DNA from: a virus
Taxonomy: Duplodnaviria; Caudoviricetes
IMG/VR virus record: IMGVR_UViG_3300038318_000524
Location: 1-44,690 of that record
Direction: 5' to 3' (one strand)
DNA length: 44,690 nt
Made by a program: the position numbers and the translations under genes. The notes under the pieces are model-generated. The model was not told where the DNA came from, did not search any database, and saw nothing but the letters and a program-made list of their open reading frames with translations. Shown in pieces: positions 36,115 through 44,690 of the stretch (position 1 is the stretch's first letter; every line of letters begins with the position of its first letter).

Positions 36115-38469
36115 ATGGCGGATATTAACGGTGTATCTTTACAAGCAGGCACCAGCCCGACCGTACATTACACAATCACCTATACCAAAAGCCGACCCAA
36201 CAACAGCCAGATGACCTATAACTTCACCATATCCGCAGCACTCGGTTCATCCGGTTCTTTTATTCACAACGGTTATGCCCTGCTTTGTACCATGACCGTA
36301 AACGGTGTATCTTCACAGGTGCGAATCAAGACGGTAGACGGCGACAACTGGGACGGAACCACGCCAAGGCTCAGATATGTTTCGGTGACCTGTCCTTCCA
36401 CTACAGGAAATACTAATCAGGGTGTTCGCTTTCGGGTGGTATCGGACGGAAGGCTAACCCTCACCTCCGGGGTCATCGACAATTCAAACTACACGGTGTT
36501 AAGCTCCGCGCTCCTTACCACAGCTTGCGGAGCGCCGACTTCTTGTTCGGTCAATCCCATTCTCTCGGAAGGTGATGTTACTCTTTCATGGAGCGGGGCA
36601 TCCGGTGGCATCAATAATACGATTTCCAGCTATGAGATTCAGTACAGTGATTCCAGTGACAACTTTACATGGGGCTCTTGGACTGCATTGACTACAGTGA
36701 GCACTTCCGCAACCAGCGGCAGCATAACTACATCGCCGCCGTCCACCAGAGGGAATTACCGTAGATTCCAAGTGCGGACTCGTGGCACAGCAGGAGCAAG
36801 CTATTACTCCGGATGGAAAGTATCGACGAACTCCGTCCGTAGAAATACAGCACCGAAAGCGCCGACAACTGCCGTTGCATCCCCGGCAGCCTATAGCGAC
36901 GAAACCATTACACTGACTTGGAGCGGAGCGTCGGGCGGCACCAGTCCGGTAAAAGGCTACCAGATTGCCAGACGCACATCTACGGATAATGTCACATGGA
37001 GTACATGGAATGTGCTGACCACCCTGATTTTGTCAGCCAGCAGCGGCAGTTATAACCCAAATGTATCAAGGGTTCCGGGAACATATACGCAATTCGGCAT
37101 TTGGACAATTGATACTTTTGATGTTTATTCAGTGGAGAAGATCAGCAACAGCATTTTCTGTGACATCACAGCTTGTGGAGCACCTACGGCTTGCTCGGCG
37201 AGTGTAACTTTAGCTGAAGGAAATCTCTCACTCTCATGGAGTGGTGCCTCTGATGGCGCGGGCAATGCCATCACATCTTATGAGATACAATTTAGCGACT
37301 CGGCCGACAACAGCACATGGGGAGCATGGATGGCACTGACCACAGTGATCACTACGGCAACAAGTAGTATCTTAAGCGTCAGCCCATCGACCACACGCGG
37401 GAATTACCGCCGTTTCCGTGTAAGAACACGAGGTGCAGCCGGGGAGAGTTTCTACTCGGACTGGACTGTTTCCGGCAACACTGTCCGTAGAAACACACTG
37501 CCTACGCCGCCTTCTTCCTTTAACGCCGCTCCCGCTATTTACGAATCAACCACTATAACTCTTACATGGAACGGAACGATTCCCGGAACCAGTGCTATCA
37601 AGCAATATGTCATTCAGCGGTCAACTTCAACAGACGGTACTAATTGGTCAGCATATGAGGCTTTAACAATTGTCGTTTCAAGCTCTGCATCAGGAACGTT
37701 TATTGCGAACGCATCTCAGATAGCCGGAATGTATACCCGCTACCGCATCAGCGTAACCGACACATTGGATGCAGTTTCTGCTTATGTCGTCAGCGGCACT
37801 GTAAAGAAGAACAGTCCACCAACCGCTCCGGTAATTGTCTGCCCGGTATCCGGTAGTTCAAGCTACAATGCCACACCGCGTTTCATGATAACAACGGGCA
37901 TTGAGCCGGACGGTCAGACGCAGATTGTGGAAGTAAAAATAGATTCGAGTGCGTGGTTAAACAGCGTAGACAATCCTGAGATGTTTTCCATAAGCGGATA
38001 TCTGGGCAATAGCGTAAAAACGGTGTATCAAGCGGAAACACTGACCGCCGGGAGCCATACTGTGACTGTCCGTTGCCTTGACAGCGATATCGAGTCTTCA
38101 AGCCCGGAGGTTGTTCGTACATTTACGGTGCTGTCACCGCCGTTCGAAACAATCACTGCAAACGAAACCCATGTGAAGGCAACGCATATCCAAACGCTCC
38201 GCACCGCTGTAAATCTGGCGCGGAGCTATTACAACCTGTCGCCCGTGGCTTGGAGTGAGGACATTACCGCCGGAAAGACTACCATCAAAAACTGGCCGTT
38301 CCACATCGTGGAGCTTCGAAAAGCCATCGAGCCTGTCGTCACGGCGATCAACGGATTTGATTCCTCATCGGCTTTTGACATCCCACCTGACACGTGGCTC
38401 CCCCTTGGAACAGGACGGCCAAGAGCAGACGTGATGCAACAGATTCAGGACTTAATCTTAATGCTTTAG
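36115..38469 (+). CDS. Ser/Thr-rich tail fibre/adhesin with tandem Fn3-like domains
   Basis: Four LSWSG/LTW...Y.IQ...W repeats; internal duplication of about 216 aa. Confidence 0.7.
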   Translation: MADINGVSLQAGTSPTVHYTITYTKSRPNNSQMTYNFTISAALGSSGSFIHNGYALLCTMTVNGVSSQVRIKTVDGDNWDGTTPRLRYVSVTCPSTTGNTNQGVRFRVVSDGRLTLTSGVIDNSNYTVLSSALLTTACGAPTSCSVNPILSEGDVTLSWSGASGGINNTISSYEIQYSDSSDNFTWGSWTALTTVSTSATSGSITTSPPSTRGNYRRFQVRTRGTAGASYYSGWKVSTNSVRRNTAPKAPTTAVASPAAYSDETITLTWSGASGGTSPVKGYQIARRTSTDNVTWSTWNVLTTLILSASSGSYNPNVSRVPGTYTQFGIWTIDTFDVYSVEKISNSIFCDITACGAPTACSASVTLAEGNLSLSWSGASDGAGNAITSYEIQFSDSADNSTWGAWMALTTVITTATSSILSVSPSTTRGNYRRFRVRTRGAAGESFYSDWTVSGNTVRRNTLPTPPSSFNAAPAIYESTTITLTWNGTIPGTSAIKQYVIQRSTSTDGTNWSAYEALTIVVSSSASGTFIANASQIAGMYTRYRISVTDTLDAVSAYVVSGTVKKNSPPTAPVIVCPVSGSSSYNATPRFMITTGIEPDGQTQIVEVKIDSSAWLNSVDNPEMFSISGYLGNSVKTVYQAETLTAGSHTVTVRCLDSDIESSSPEVVRTFTVLSPPFETITANETHVKATHIQTLRTAVNLARSYYNLSPVAWSEDITAGKTTIKNWPFHIVELRKAIEPVVTAINGFDSSSAFDIPPDTWLPLGTGRPRADVMQQIQDLILML

Positions 38470-38486
38470 GCTTAGTTACTACTACG

Positions 38487-38516
38487 GCGCTCTCGTATTA
38501 TGTGGGAGCGCTTTTC
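38487..38516 (+). terminator. Terminator-like hairpin before holin
   Basis: GCGCTCTC...GGGAGCGC then TTTT. Confidence 0.5.
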
Positions 38517-38549
38517 TATACACAAATTTATAAACCGGAGGTGTTTTTA

Positions 38550-38975
38550 ATGAAAGAGATTTGGAATTGGATGCAGTTGGCTTTTGCCGCTGTTGGTGCG
38601 TTTCTTGGATGGTTTCTCGGTGGGCTGGATGGTTTTCTATATGCCCTCATTGCATTTGTTGCCATTGATTATGTGACCGGAGTGCTCTGTGCCATTATAG
38701 ACAAAAAGCTGTCCAGTGAAATCGGTGCGAAAGGTATCTTCAAAAAGGTGCTTATTTTTACATTGGTAGGTGTAGCTCATATCCTTGATACTCAGATATT
38801 AGTCAGCACTGTGGGCAGTGGTGGTGTCCTTCGGACGGCAGTAATCTTCTTCTACCTGAGCAACGAGGGTGTGTCTATCTTAGAGAATGCCGCTCATATT
38901 GGGCTGCCCATACCCGAAAAACTGAGAGAGGTTCTTAAGCAGCTTCACGGACGGGAAGATGGTGATGGAAAATGA
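38550..38975 (+). CDS. Holin (phage_holin_4_1 family)
   Basis: Hydrophobic helices, DYVTG, SS.IG.KGI.KK, NEG.SILEN, GLPIPEKL. Confidence 0.9.
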   Translation: MKEIWNWMQLAFAAVGAFLGWFLGGLDGFLYALIAFVAIDYVTGVLCAIIDKKLSSEIGAKGIFKKVLIFTLVGVAHILDTQILVSTVGSGGVLRTAVIFFYLSNEGVSILENAAHIGLPIPEKLREVLKQLHGREDGDGK

Positions 38976-40345
38976 TTGACTTAACTAAGGCATCAACCGT
39001 ACACATCGGTCGGCGCGGTGAGCACCACTTCCGTAACATCGAGTTTGATGTTTCCAGTTTATTAGGGGACGAGTACCCAAGTGCATCTTTGCAGGCAATC
39101 TACAAAAGACCCGATGGTACTGCCTATCCAGTGGTCACAAATAATGCCGATAGCGTACTGACATGGTCACCCAGCGCAACGGATACTGAAATTGTCGGCG
39201 TGGGGCAGTTGGAAATCAGGGTTACATTTGGGGATGTGGTTGGAAAAAGCGTAAAGGTTCTTACCATTGTTGAAGAGGCTCTTGTGGATGGCATTGTCAC
39301 GCCGCCGGAGCCGCCCGCGCAGGAGTGGTTGAATCAGGTGCTTTCTGCCTTAGCTGAACTGGATATTGATGAGCTGAACAACTTACTCAATCTCACTTAT
39401 AACCTGCTAAACACCACCCATGATTTGATTGAAGATTCACGCGACAATATGTATATGAGGACTGGAATTCTCCTCAATCATTTGCATCCAATCGAAACCG
39501 CTTCTGCACCGGATATGACCAGCCGAAGAGCGTCCATCACCTTCAGCGGCGTATCGAACGGAAATAACGCAGTGATCGGAACGGTAACATATACCTTCGT
39601 CACTGCCTTGGGTAGCCCCACCGCAAACAATGTGCAGGTGCTAATCCAAGGTAGCCTTCGCAATACGGTCAAGAAACTTGCCGAAGCCATAAGAGGTATT
39701 GAAGATGAAACGAATATTGCCTACGGAGCAGGAACAGATCCAAACCCGGCTTGCACAGCCTATTGGACAAGTCAAAGGTTTTCCATCGGCAGTACTACCA
39801 TTGATGCGGGCGAGAATTTGTTTGTGCTTGAAAGAGCGGAAGATTCGACATCTTCAATAGCGCTCACGTCCACCGCACCGGCAGCTATCAATCCATTTGC
39901 CCGGATAAGTTTCCTGAGATATCTCTTATCAGGTAATGTTTCCGGCTCAGGCGGGGCTAACAGCGTCCGGGGTCCTTTGCATACGGTATTGCCTATCGGC
40001 AGCGTTGTAATCGGTGGTCAGGGCGGATTGCTTTATCCGGCGACATATGATTGCCATTTAATAACCCTTTGCCGTCAATCGGATACAAGCGAGAAAGAAC
40101 TTGACTTCTATATTTCCAATGACGAGGAAACGTTTACCAGACTTCAACGCAGTACGCCCATTGGGTCGAACACCTCCGCTGAATCCCTGCACGTTGATAT
40201 CGAAATGCGCCAAGCCAGGGTGCCTGCGGGATATGGACTGTATATCTGTATGGGAAGTGACGGAACATCATCCAGTTCTTATTGCGATTTGAAGTTTACC
40301 TACCATCTATATCCCACTTCGCTTACGACAGACACAAACAATTGA
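38972..40345 (+). CDS. Hypothetical protein with BppU-like N-terminus (possible structural/receptor-binding protein)
   Basis: IGRRGE...IEFD...KRPDG..YPV...LTW....DT...G.G.LEI; beta-rich C-terminus. Confidence 0.55.
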   Translation: MIDLTKASTVHIGRRGEHHFRNIEFDVSSLLGDEYPSASLQAIYKRPDGTAYPVVTNNADSVLTWSPSATDTEIVGVGQLEIRVTFGDVVGKSVKVLTIVEEALVDGIVTPPEPPAQEWLNQVLSALAELDIDELNNLLNLTYNLLNTTHDLIEDSRDNMYMRTGILLNHLHPIETASAPDMTSRRASITFSGVSNGNNAVIGTVTYTFVTALGSPTANNVQVLIQGSLRNTVKKLAEAIRGIEDETNIAYGAGTDPNPACTAYWTSQRFSIGSTTIDAGENLFVLERAEDSTSSIALTSTAPAAINPFARISFLRYLLSGNVSGSGGANSVRGPLHTVLPIGSVVIGGQGGLLYPATYDCHLITLCRQSDTSEKELDFYISNDEETFTRLQRSTPIGSNTSAESLHVDIEMRQARVPAGYGLYICMGSDGTSSSSYCDLKFTYHLYPTSLTTDTNN

Positions 40346-40361
40346 TTGTGAGGTGATTTTA

Positions 40362-41087
40362 ATGAATTTACGCAAGTTAATATTAACAAGTAACGCTTGT
40401 TACAAGGCAGGCAGAGTAATAATTCCCAAAGGCATTATGGTGCATTCCACCGGCGCGAACAATCCAAACCTTAAACGCTACGTGGGTCCCGATGATGGCT
40501 TGCTCGGAAAGAACCAATACAATAACCACTGGAATCAAGAAAAGCCCGGTGGTCGTCAGGTTTGCGTCCATGCGTTCATTGGAAAACTGGCTGATGGAAC
40601 AATTGCCACATACCAGACCCTGCCGTGGAATCATCGGGGTTGGCATGGCGGTTCTGGCTCGAAAGGCTCGGTTAACGATACTCATATCAGTTTTGAGATC
40701 TGTGAAGATGGGCTGATCGATGCCATATACTTTAATTCTATCTACAAGGAAGCTACCGAACTCTGTGCTTACCTCTGCAAGGAGTACAAGCTCGACCCTA
40801 TGGCTGATGGCGTTATTATCGGTCATTACGAAGGGCATAAGCGCGGCATTGCCAGTAACCATGCCGACCCCGGACACTGGTTTCCGAAGTTCGGTAAGTC
40901 GATGGATTCTTTCCGTGCCGAGGTTAAAAGGCTGCTCACAACGATTGAAACACCTACCCCGACCGAACCGAAGAAACTGTACCGGGTTCAGGTCGGAGCA
41001 TACTCGGTTAAAGCAAACGCGGATGCCATGCTCGCCAAAATCAAAGCAGCAGGCTTCAAGGATGCCTTCATTAAATATAGCGAATAA
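40362..41087 (+). CDS. Endolysin: N-acetylmuramoyl-L-alanine amidase (Amidase_2) with SPOR-like domain
   Basis: IMVHSTG, WHGG, FEICE, IIGH, H.DP; C-terminal YRVQVGAYSVKANA; start 40353 or 40362. Confidence 0.9.
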   Translation: MNLRKLILTSNACYKAGRVIIPKGIMVHSTGANNPNLKRYVGPDDGLLGKNQYNNHWNQEKPGGRQVCVHAFIGKLADGTIATYQTLPWNHRGWHGGSGSKGSVNDTHISFEICEDGLIDAIYFNSIYKEATELCAYLCKEYKLDPMADGVIIGHYEGHKRGIASNHADPGHWFPKFGKSMDSFRAEVKRLLTTIETPTPTEPKKLYRVQVGAYSVKANADAMLAKIKAAGFKDAFIKYSE

Positions 41088-41102
41088 TGCTCCACTCTTT
41101 AC

Positions 41103-41141
41103 GCCCGTCGAGGATTTTTCTTCGGCGGGCATTATTTTTTT
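41103..41141 (+). terminator. Intrinsic terminator ending the late operon
   Basis: GCCCGTCGAGGA-TTTT-TCTTCGGCGGGC followed by ATTATTTTTTT. Confidence 0.75.
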
Positions 41142-41148
41142 GCCCACA

Positions 41149-41190
41149 TACTACGGATTTTCCGTTCTGCCTGTCCAGTACAAAGTGAGG
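41149..41190 (+). promoter_or_regulatory. Dispersed motif A, copy 3
   Basis: TACTACGGATTTTCCGTTCTGCCTGTCCAGTACAAAGTGAGG. Confidence 0.6.
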
Positions 41191-41226
41191 ATAGGAAACT
41201 TCTCTCCTCGGAACGGAGGAACGATC

Positions 41227-41616
41227 ATGACGGAAGGCCAAAAAACTCTTATAGATAAACTGCGACTTGAAGGATATGGATACTTAAAAATTGCAAAGCA
41301 AATCGGTGTATCCGAAAATACTGTGAAGTCCTATTGCCGCAGGAATAAAACAAACAGCAAGGCACAAGAGAACATTGCCGTTTGTGAACAATGCGGAGAG
41401 TCAATTGATATAAGCAAACGGAGTGCACGGCGTTTCTGCTCAGATGCTTGCCGTAATAAATGGTGGAATGAACATCCGAAGGCAGAAATGTCCTATTCCA
41501 TCTCGTGTGCCTGCTGCGGAAAGAAAATACATATGCGTCGCCGCAACGAGAAAAAGTATTGCTCCCATGCCTGTTACATTAAAACTCGTTATGAGGGTGG
41601 TGGCGGCAATGAATAA
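41227..41616 (+). CDS. HTH plus double zinc-finger protein
   Basis: GYGYLKIAKQIGVSENTVKSYCRR; CEQC...FCSDAC and CACC...YCSHAC; GGAGG RBS. Confidence 0.78.
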   Translation: MTEGQKTLIDKLRLEGYGYLKIAKQIGVSENTVKSYCRRNKTNSKAQENIAVCEQCGESIDISKRSARRFCSDACRNKWWNEHPKAEMSYSISCACCGKKIHMRRRNEKKYCSHACYIKTRYEGGGGNE

Positions 41617-41824
41617 TCGTAGCAATATCCAAGCTTATCATTCTGCTATGGCCCAGGTAAAAACCATGCTTGAAAGAGGCATCATTGACGAAAACGACAT
41701 TGTATCAATTGAGGACAAATTAGCACAAAAATATGAGCTTAAATTCGGCAGTATATATAGGGAAAATGACTTGATAAATCTCGGTTTTAGAGCGAATATG
41801 TCATATACCCAGGAGGTGATATAA
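41609..41824 (+). CDS. Small SHOCT-like protein upstream of recombinases
   Basis: 71 aa, AMAQVKTMLERGII.E.D...IEDKL..KY. Confidence 0.65.
   Translation: MNNRSNIQAYHSAMAQVKTMLERGIIDENDIVSIEDKLAQKYELKFGSIYRENDLINLGFRANMSYTQEVI
41767..41809 (+). promoter_or_regulatory. Dispersed motif B, copy 3 (inside the SHOCT-like gene)
   Basis: TGACTTG-N11-TTTTAGAGCGAATATGT...ATACC just before the recombinase RBS. Confidence 0.7.
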
Positions 41825-43156
41825 GTGCGTAAAAAAGTGAAAAAACTTGAAAAGAAGATGGTTTTAGAAAAGCCGAAACGTGTCGCAGCCTATGCAAGGG
41901 TGTCAAGTGGAAAAGATGCAATGTTGCATTCACTCTCTGCACAGGTCAGCCACTACAGTGAGCTGATTCAAGTTCATGAAGGTTGGCAGTACGCAGGAGT
42001 GTACGCCGATGAGGCACTCACAGGCACGAATGAAGACCGGGCGGATTTCCAAAGACTCCTGTCCGACTGCCGCGCCGGACTGATAGATATAGTCATAACC
42101 AAGTCCATCTCCCGTTTTGCTCGAAACACGGTAACACTTCTTCAAACCGTACGAGAGCTAAAGTCGCTGGGGGTGGACATTTTCTTTGAGGAGCAGAACA
42201 TTCATACGATGAGCACCGAGGGCGAGCTTATGCTGACAATCCTCGCTTCCTATGCCCAGGCAGAAAGCTTGTCTGCGAGTGAAAATCAGAAATGGCGGGT
42301 CAGAAAAGGTTTTGAAAAGGGCGAATTGATAAATATGCGTTTTCTATTCGGCTATAGTATTTCTAAAGATGAAATCGAAATTGACTCTGATGCTGCGCCA
42401 ATTGTAAAGGAAATCTTCAAGCGGGTTATTGCCGGTGACACCTTCGGTTCAATAAGCAGAGACCTGAACAAAAGAGGCGTTTCCGGGGCGCTCGGGGGAA
42501 AATGGTGTGTACAGCGCATCCGTGACATTGTCGGCAACGAAAAATATACGGGCAATGCCATGCTGCAAAAGCATTATCGCAACAATCATTTAGAAAAGAA
42601 GAAATGCCGTAATACGGGCGAATTACCAATGTATTATGCAGAGGATACGCACCCCGCCATAATTGACGAGGACACTTATAAGGCGGCTCAGGTAGTATTG
42701 TTGGCAACAAAAAAAGCGAACAGAAATAGACCTAAACCTAAAACGAGTGAGTTTACAGGACATATTTACTGCCCGCACTGCGGGAAGAATTATAAGCGTG
42801 TTACCAATAACGGTTCGGCTGGATGGAATTGCTCCACCTATGTTACACAGGGGAAAGTCTACTGCCACGGGAAAAAGATACCCGAAGATACACTCAAAAC
42901 CGTCTGTGCCGATACGCTTGGTTTATCTGAATATGATGTCAAAGTGTTTTCAGAGTGTGTTGAGCGCATTGAAGTGCCTGGCGAAAATCGCCTGTTATTT
43001 GTTTTCAAGGATGGCAGAACCGAAGATTGCATATGGGCGGATAAATCGCGGCGAGACAGTTGGACTGTGGAAATGAAGCAGGCCGCCGCAGAGAGAATGA
43101 GGCAAAGGAGGAAAAATAATGGCAAAAGTAACAACGATTCCGGCAACAAAAAATAA
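41825..43156 (+). CDS. Large serine recombinase 1
   Basis: YARVSS catalytic motif, SISRFARN, recombinase domain NEKYTG/HPAII, zinc ribbon CPHC. Confidence 0.93.
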   Translation: MRKKVKKLEKKMVLEKPKRVAAYARVSSGKDAMLHSLSAQVSHYSELIQVHEGWQYAGVYADEALTGTNEDRADFQRLLSDCRAGLIDIVITKSISRFARNTVTLLQTVRELKSLGVDIFFEEQNIHTMSTEGELMLTILASYAQAESLSASENQKWRVRKGFEKGELINMRFLFGYSISKDEIEIDSDAAPIVKEIFKRVIAGDTFGSISRDLNKRGVSGALGGKWCVQRIRDIVGNEKYTGNAMLQKHYRNNHLEKKKCRNTGELPMYYAEDTHPAIIDEDTYKAAQVVLLATKKANRNRPKPKTSEFTGHIYCPHCGKNYKRVTNNGSAGWNCSTYVTQGKVYCHGKKIPEDTLKTVCADTLGLSEYDVKVFSECVERIEVPGENRLLFVFKDGRTEDCIWADKSRRDSWTVEMKQAAAERMRQRRKNNGKSNNDSGNKK

Positions 43157-44690
43157 GTTCACGGCACTGCCGACAAACGCACTCACAAAACGCAGGGTGG
43201 CAGGTTATGCCCGTGTTTCTACAGACAGCGATGAGCAATTGACAAGCTACGAAGCTCAGGTTAATTACTATACTGATTACATTAAAAGCCGCGCCGATTG
43301 GGAGTTTGTTAAAGTCTACACTGACGAAGGCATATCTGCGCTCGGCACAAAACACAGAGACGGATTCAAGAAAATGATAGCCGATGCTCTCGCAGGCAAG
43401 ATTGACCTTATTATTACAAAGTCAGTCAGCCGATTTGCGAGGAACACTGTAGATAGTCTTGTTACCATCAGAAAGCTGAAAGAAAAAGGCGTGGAATGCT
43501 TCTTCGAGAAAGAGAATATTTACACTTTTGATGGCAAAGGAGAACTTCTGCTCACCATTATGAGTTCGTTAGCACAAGAAGAAAGCCGTAGCATCTCCGA
43601 GAACGTCACATGGGGTCAGAGGAAACGTTTCTCGGACGGCAAGGTCAGTGTCGGCTATTCCAATTTTCTCGGCTTCGAAAAGGGAGAAAACGACACGTTG
43701 AAGGTCGTACCTGAAGAGGCAGAAACCGTTCGAATTATCTACAAGCTTTTTCTTGAGGGCAAAACCACCCAAGGCATTGCAAACTACCTTATGGAACACG
43801 GAGTCTTAAGTCCGGCAAGAAAGCAGAAATGGCAGGCATCCACGATATCAAGCATCCTCACAAACGAAAAATATAAGGGAGATGCGTTATTACAAAAACG
43901 TTTCACAGTAGATTTCTTGACAAAAGAACTACGGGAGAACAACGGCGAGGTGCCACAATATTATGTGGAAGGGTCTCATGAAGCAATTATTTCGCCAGAG
44001 GAATTTGATATTGTACAAGACGAAATGGCACGGCGCAAGGAACTCGGAAGAGCTTACAGTGACAAAGCGTTTCACAGCAAGCTCATCTGTGGCGATTGCG
44101 ATGGGTTCTATGGTCGTAAGGTCTGGCACTCCACTGACGAGTATCGCACGGTTATTTTTCAATGCAACCGGAAATTCAAGAATGAAATTAAATGTACCAC
44201 GCCCAGACTCACCGAGGACGAGATTAAGGAACGCTTCCTAACCGCCTACAACGAGCTTATGGGCAACAGAGAAAACGTTATTGCAGACTGTGAACTTATT
44301 CGCCAGACCCTTTGCACTACAGAAGAATTAGATGCCGGAATGCAACAGGCACAAGATGAAATGACGGTGATCGCAGGGCTCATGCAGGCTCATATAAAGA
44401 AGAATGCGTCGATTGCTCAATCACAGGCAGATTATGCCATTGAAACCGAGTGGATTGAGAAGCGCTATAATGATGCGTTAGAACGTTACACCGCTCTTGA
44501 GGCTGAAAAGACAAAAAGGGTGCGTAAGAGCAAGGAACTGAAGGCTTTCACCAAAACTCTGAAACAGCAGCCTTTGGTGCTTTCTGAATGGAACGAACGC
44601 CTTTGGATAACACTCCTCGACACAGCAACGGTGAATAGTGGCAGCAGGATTGTGTTCCGGTTCAAAAGCGGAATAGAAATAACATCGTAA
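43119..44690 (+). CDS. Large serine recombinase 2 (integrase)
   Basis: YARVST, SVSRFARN, NEKYKG/HEAII, zinc ribbon CGDC, coiled coil. Confidence 0.93.
   Translation: MAKVTTIPATKNKFTALPTNALTKRRVAGYARVSTDSDEQLTSYEAQVNYYTDYIKSRADWEFVKVYTDEGISALGTKHRDGFKKMIADALAGKIDLIITKSVSRFARNTVDSLVTIRKLKEKGVECFFEKENIYTFDGKGELLLTIMSSLAQEESRSISENVTWGQRKRFSDGKVSVGYSNFLGFEKGENDTLKVVPEEAETVRIIYKLFLEGKTTQGIANYLMEHGVLSPARKQKWQASTISSILTNEKYKGDALLQKRFTVDFLTKELRENNGEVPQYYVEGSHEAIISPEEFDIVQDEMARRKELGRAYSDKAFHSKLICGDCDGFYGRKVWHSTDEYRTVIFQCNRKFKNEIKCTTPRLTEDEIKERFLTAYNELMGNRENVIADCELIRQTLCTTEELDAGMQQAQDEMTVIAGLMQAHIKKNASIAQSQADYAIETEWIEKRYNDALERYTALEAEKTKRVRKSKELKAFTKTLKQQPLVLSEWNERLWITLLDTATVNSGSRIVFRFKSGIEITS

Larger units (their letters stand above)
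1..44690. mobile_element. Temperate siphovirus-type prophage (boundaries/att sites not visible in the window)
   Basis: Contiguous replication, packaging, HK97-type head, tail, lysis and serine-recombinase modules in canonical order. Whether the leftward operon (1-4087) lies inside the att sites is inferred, not shown. Confidence 0.95.

Noticed and set aside
38481-38511. ACTACGG before the holin as a fourth motif A copy
   Set aside because: The GTCCAGTAC box is absent at the required spacing; the region is a plain hairpin.
33677-40345. Diversity-generating retroelement or invertible tail-fibre cassette
   Set aside because: No reverse transcriptase, no adenine-specific TR/VR pair and no inverted cassettes seen; the recombinases are integrase-type.
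40720-41226. 298-aa ORF extending the HTH/Zn gene upstream
   Set aside because: The extension overlaps the endolysin and crosses a terminator; ATG 41227 has a good RBS.
5093-41809. Motifs A and B as CRISPR repeats or att sites
   Set aside because: Copies are kilobases apart, have variable internal spacers and sit directly upstream of genes, fitting cis-regulatory elements.
1-44690. tRNA, rRNA, intron or intein
   Set aside because: No cloverleaf or rRNA-like stretch noticed by eye, and PolA, TerL and the helicases have ordinary lengths; a tRNAscan/Rfam run would be needed to exclude them formally.

Overview
The window is almost entirely one temperate siphovirus-type prophage, probably from a Clostridia-like Bacillota host (AGGAGG RBSs, SigA-like promoters). 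It starts and ends at stop codons, so att sites are not visible. Left to right: a leftward 4-gene operon (two hypothetical proteins, an excisionase/MerR-like HTH protein, an RloC-like ABC ATPase); a divergent switch region; a sigma-70-like regulator; a replication module (DUF2800 nuclease, DUF2815 SSB, family A DNA polymerase, antirepressor, VapE primase-helicase, VRR-NUC, SNF2 helicase); a late activator; HNH, terS, metK, ParB-methyltransferase, small accessory genes, terL; HK97-type head and non-contractile tail genes; holin and amidase; and two tandem large serine recombinases. Top candidate for a new system: the first two leftward genes carry matching RHIM-like motifs (F-x-Q-x-G-x-N-G-x-Q-I-G) at the C-terminus of one protein and the N-terminus of the next. 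This is the layout of amyloid-signalling gene pairs, and it sits where a CI repressor would be expected (none is recognisable). Also notable: two 3-copy dispersed cis-motifs (one with compensatory base changes), a proteasome-beta-like moron, a scar of a deleted C5 methyltransferase and a probable ATC start for terL. All family assignments come from motif recognition by eye; no searches were run.
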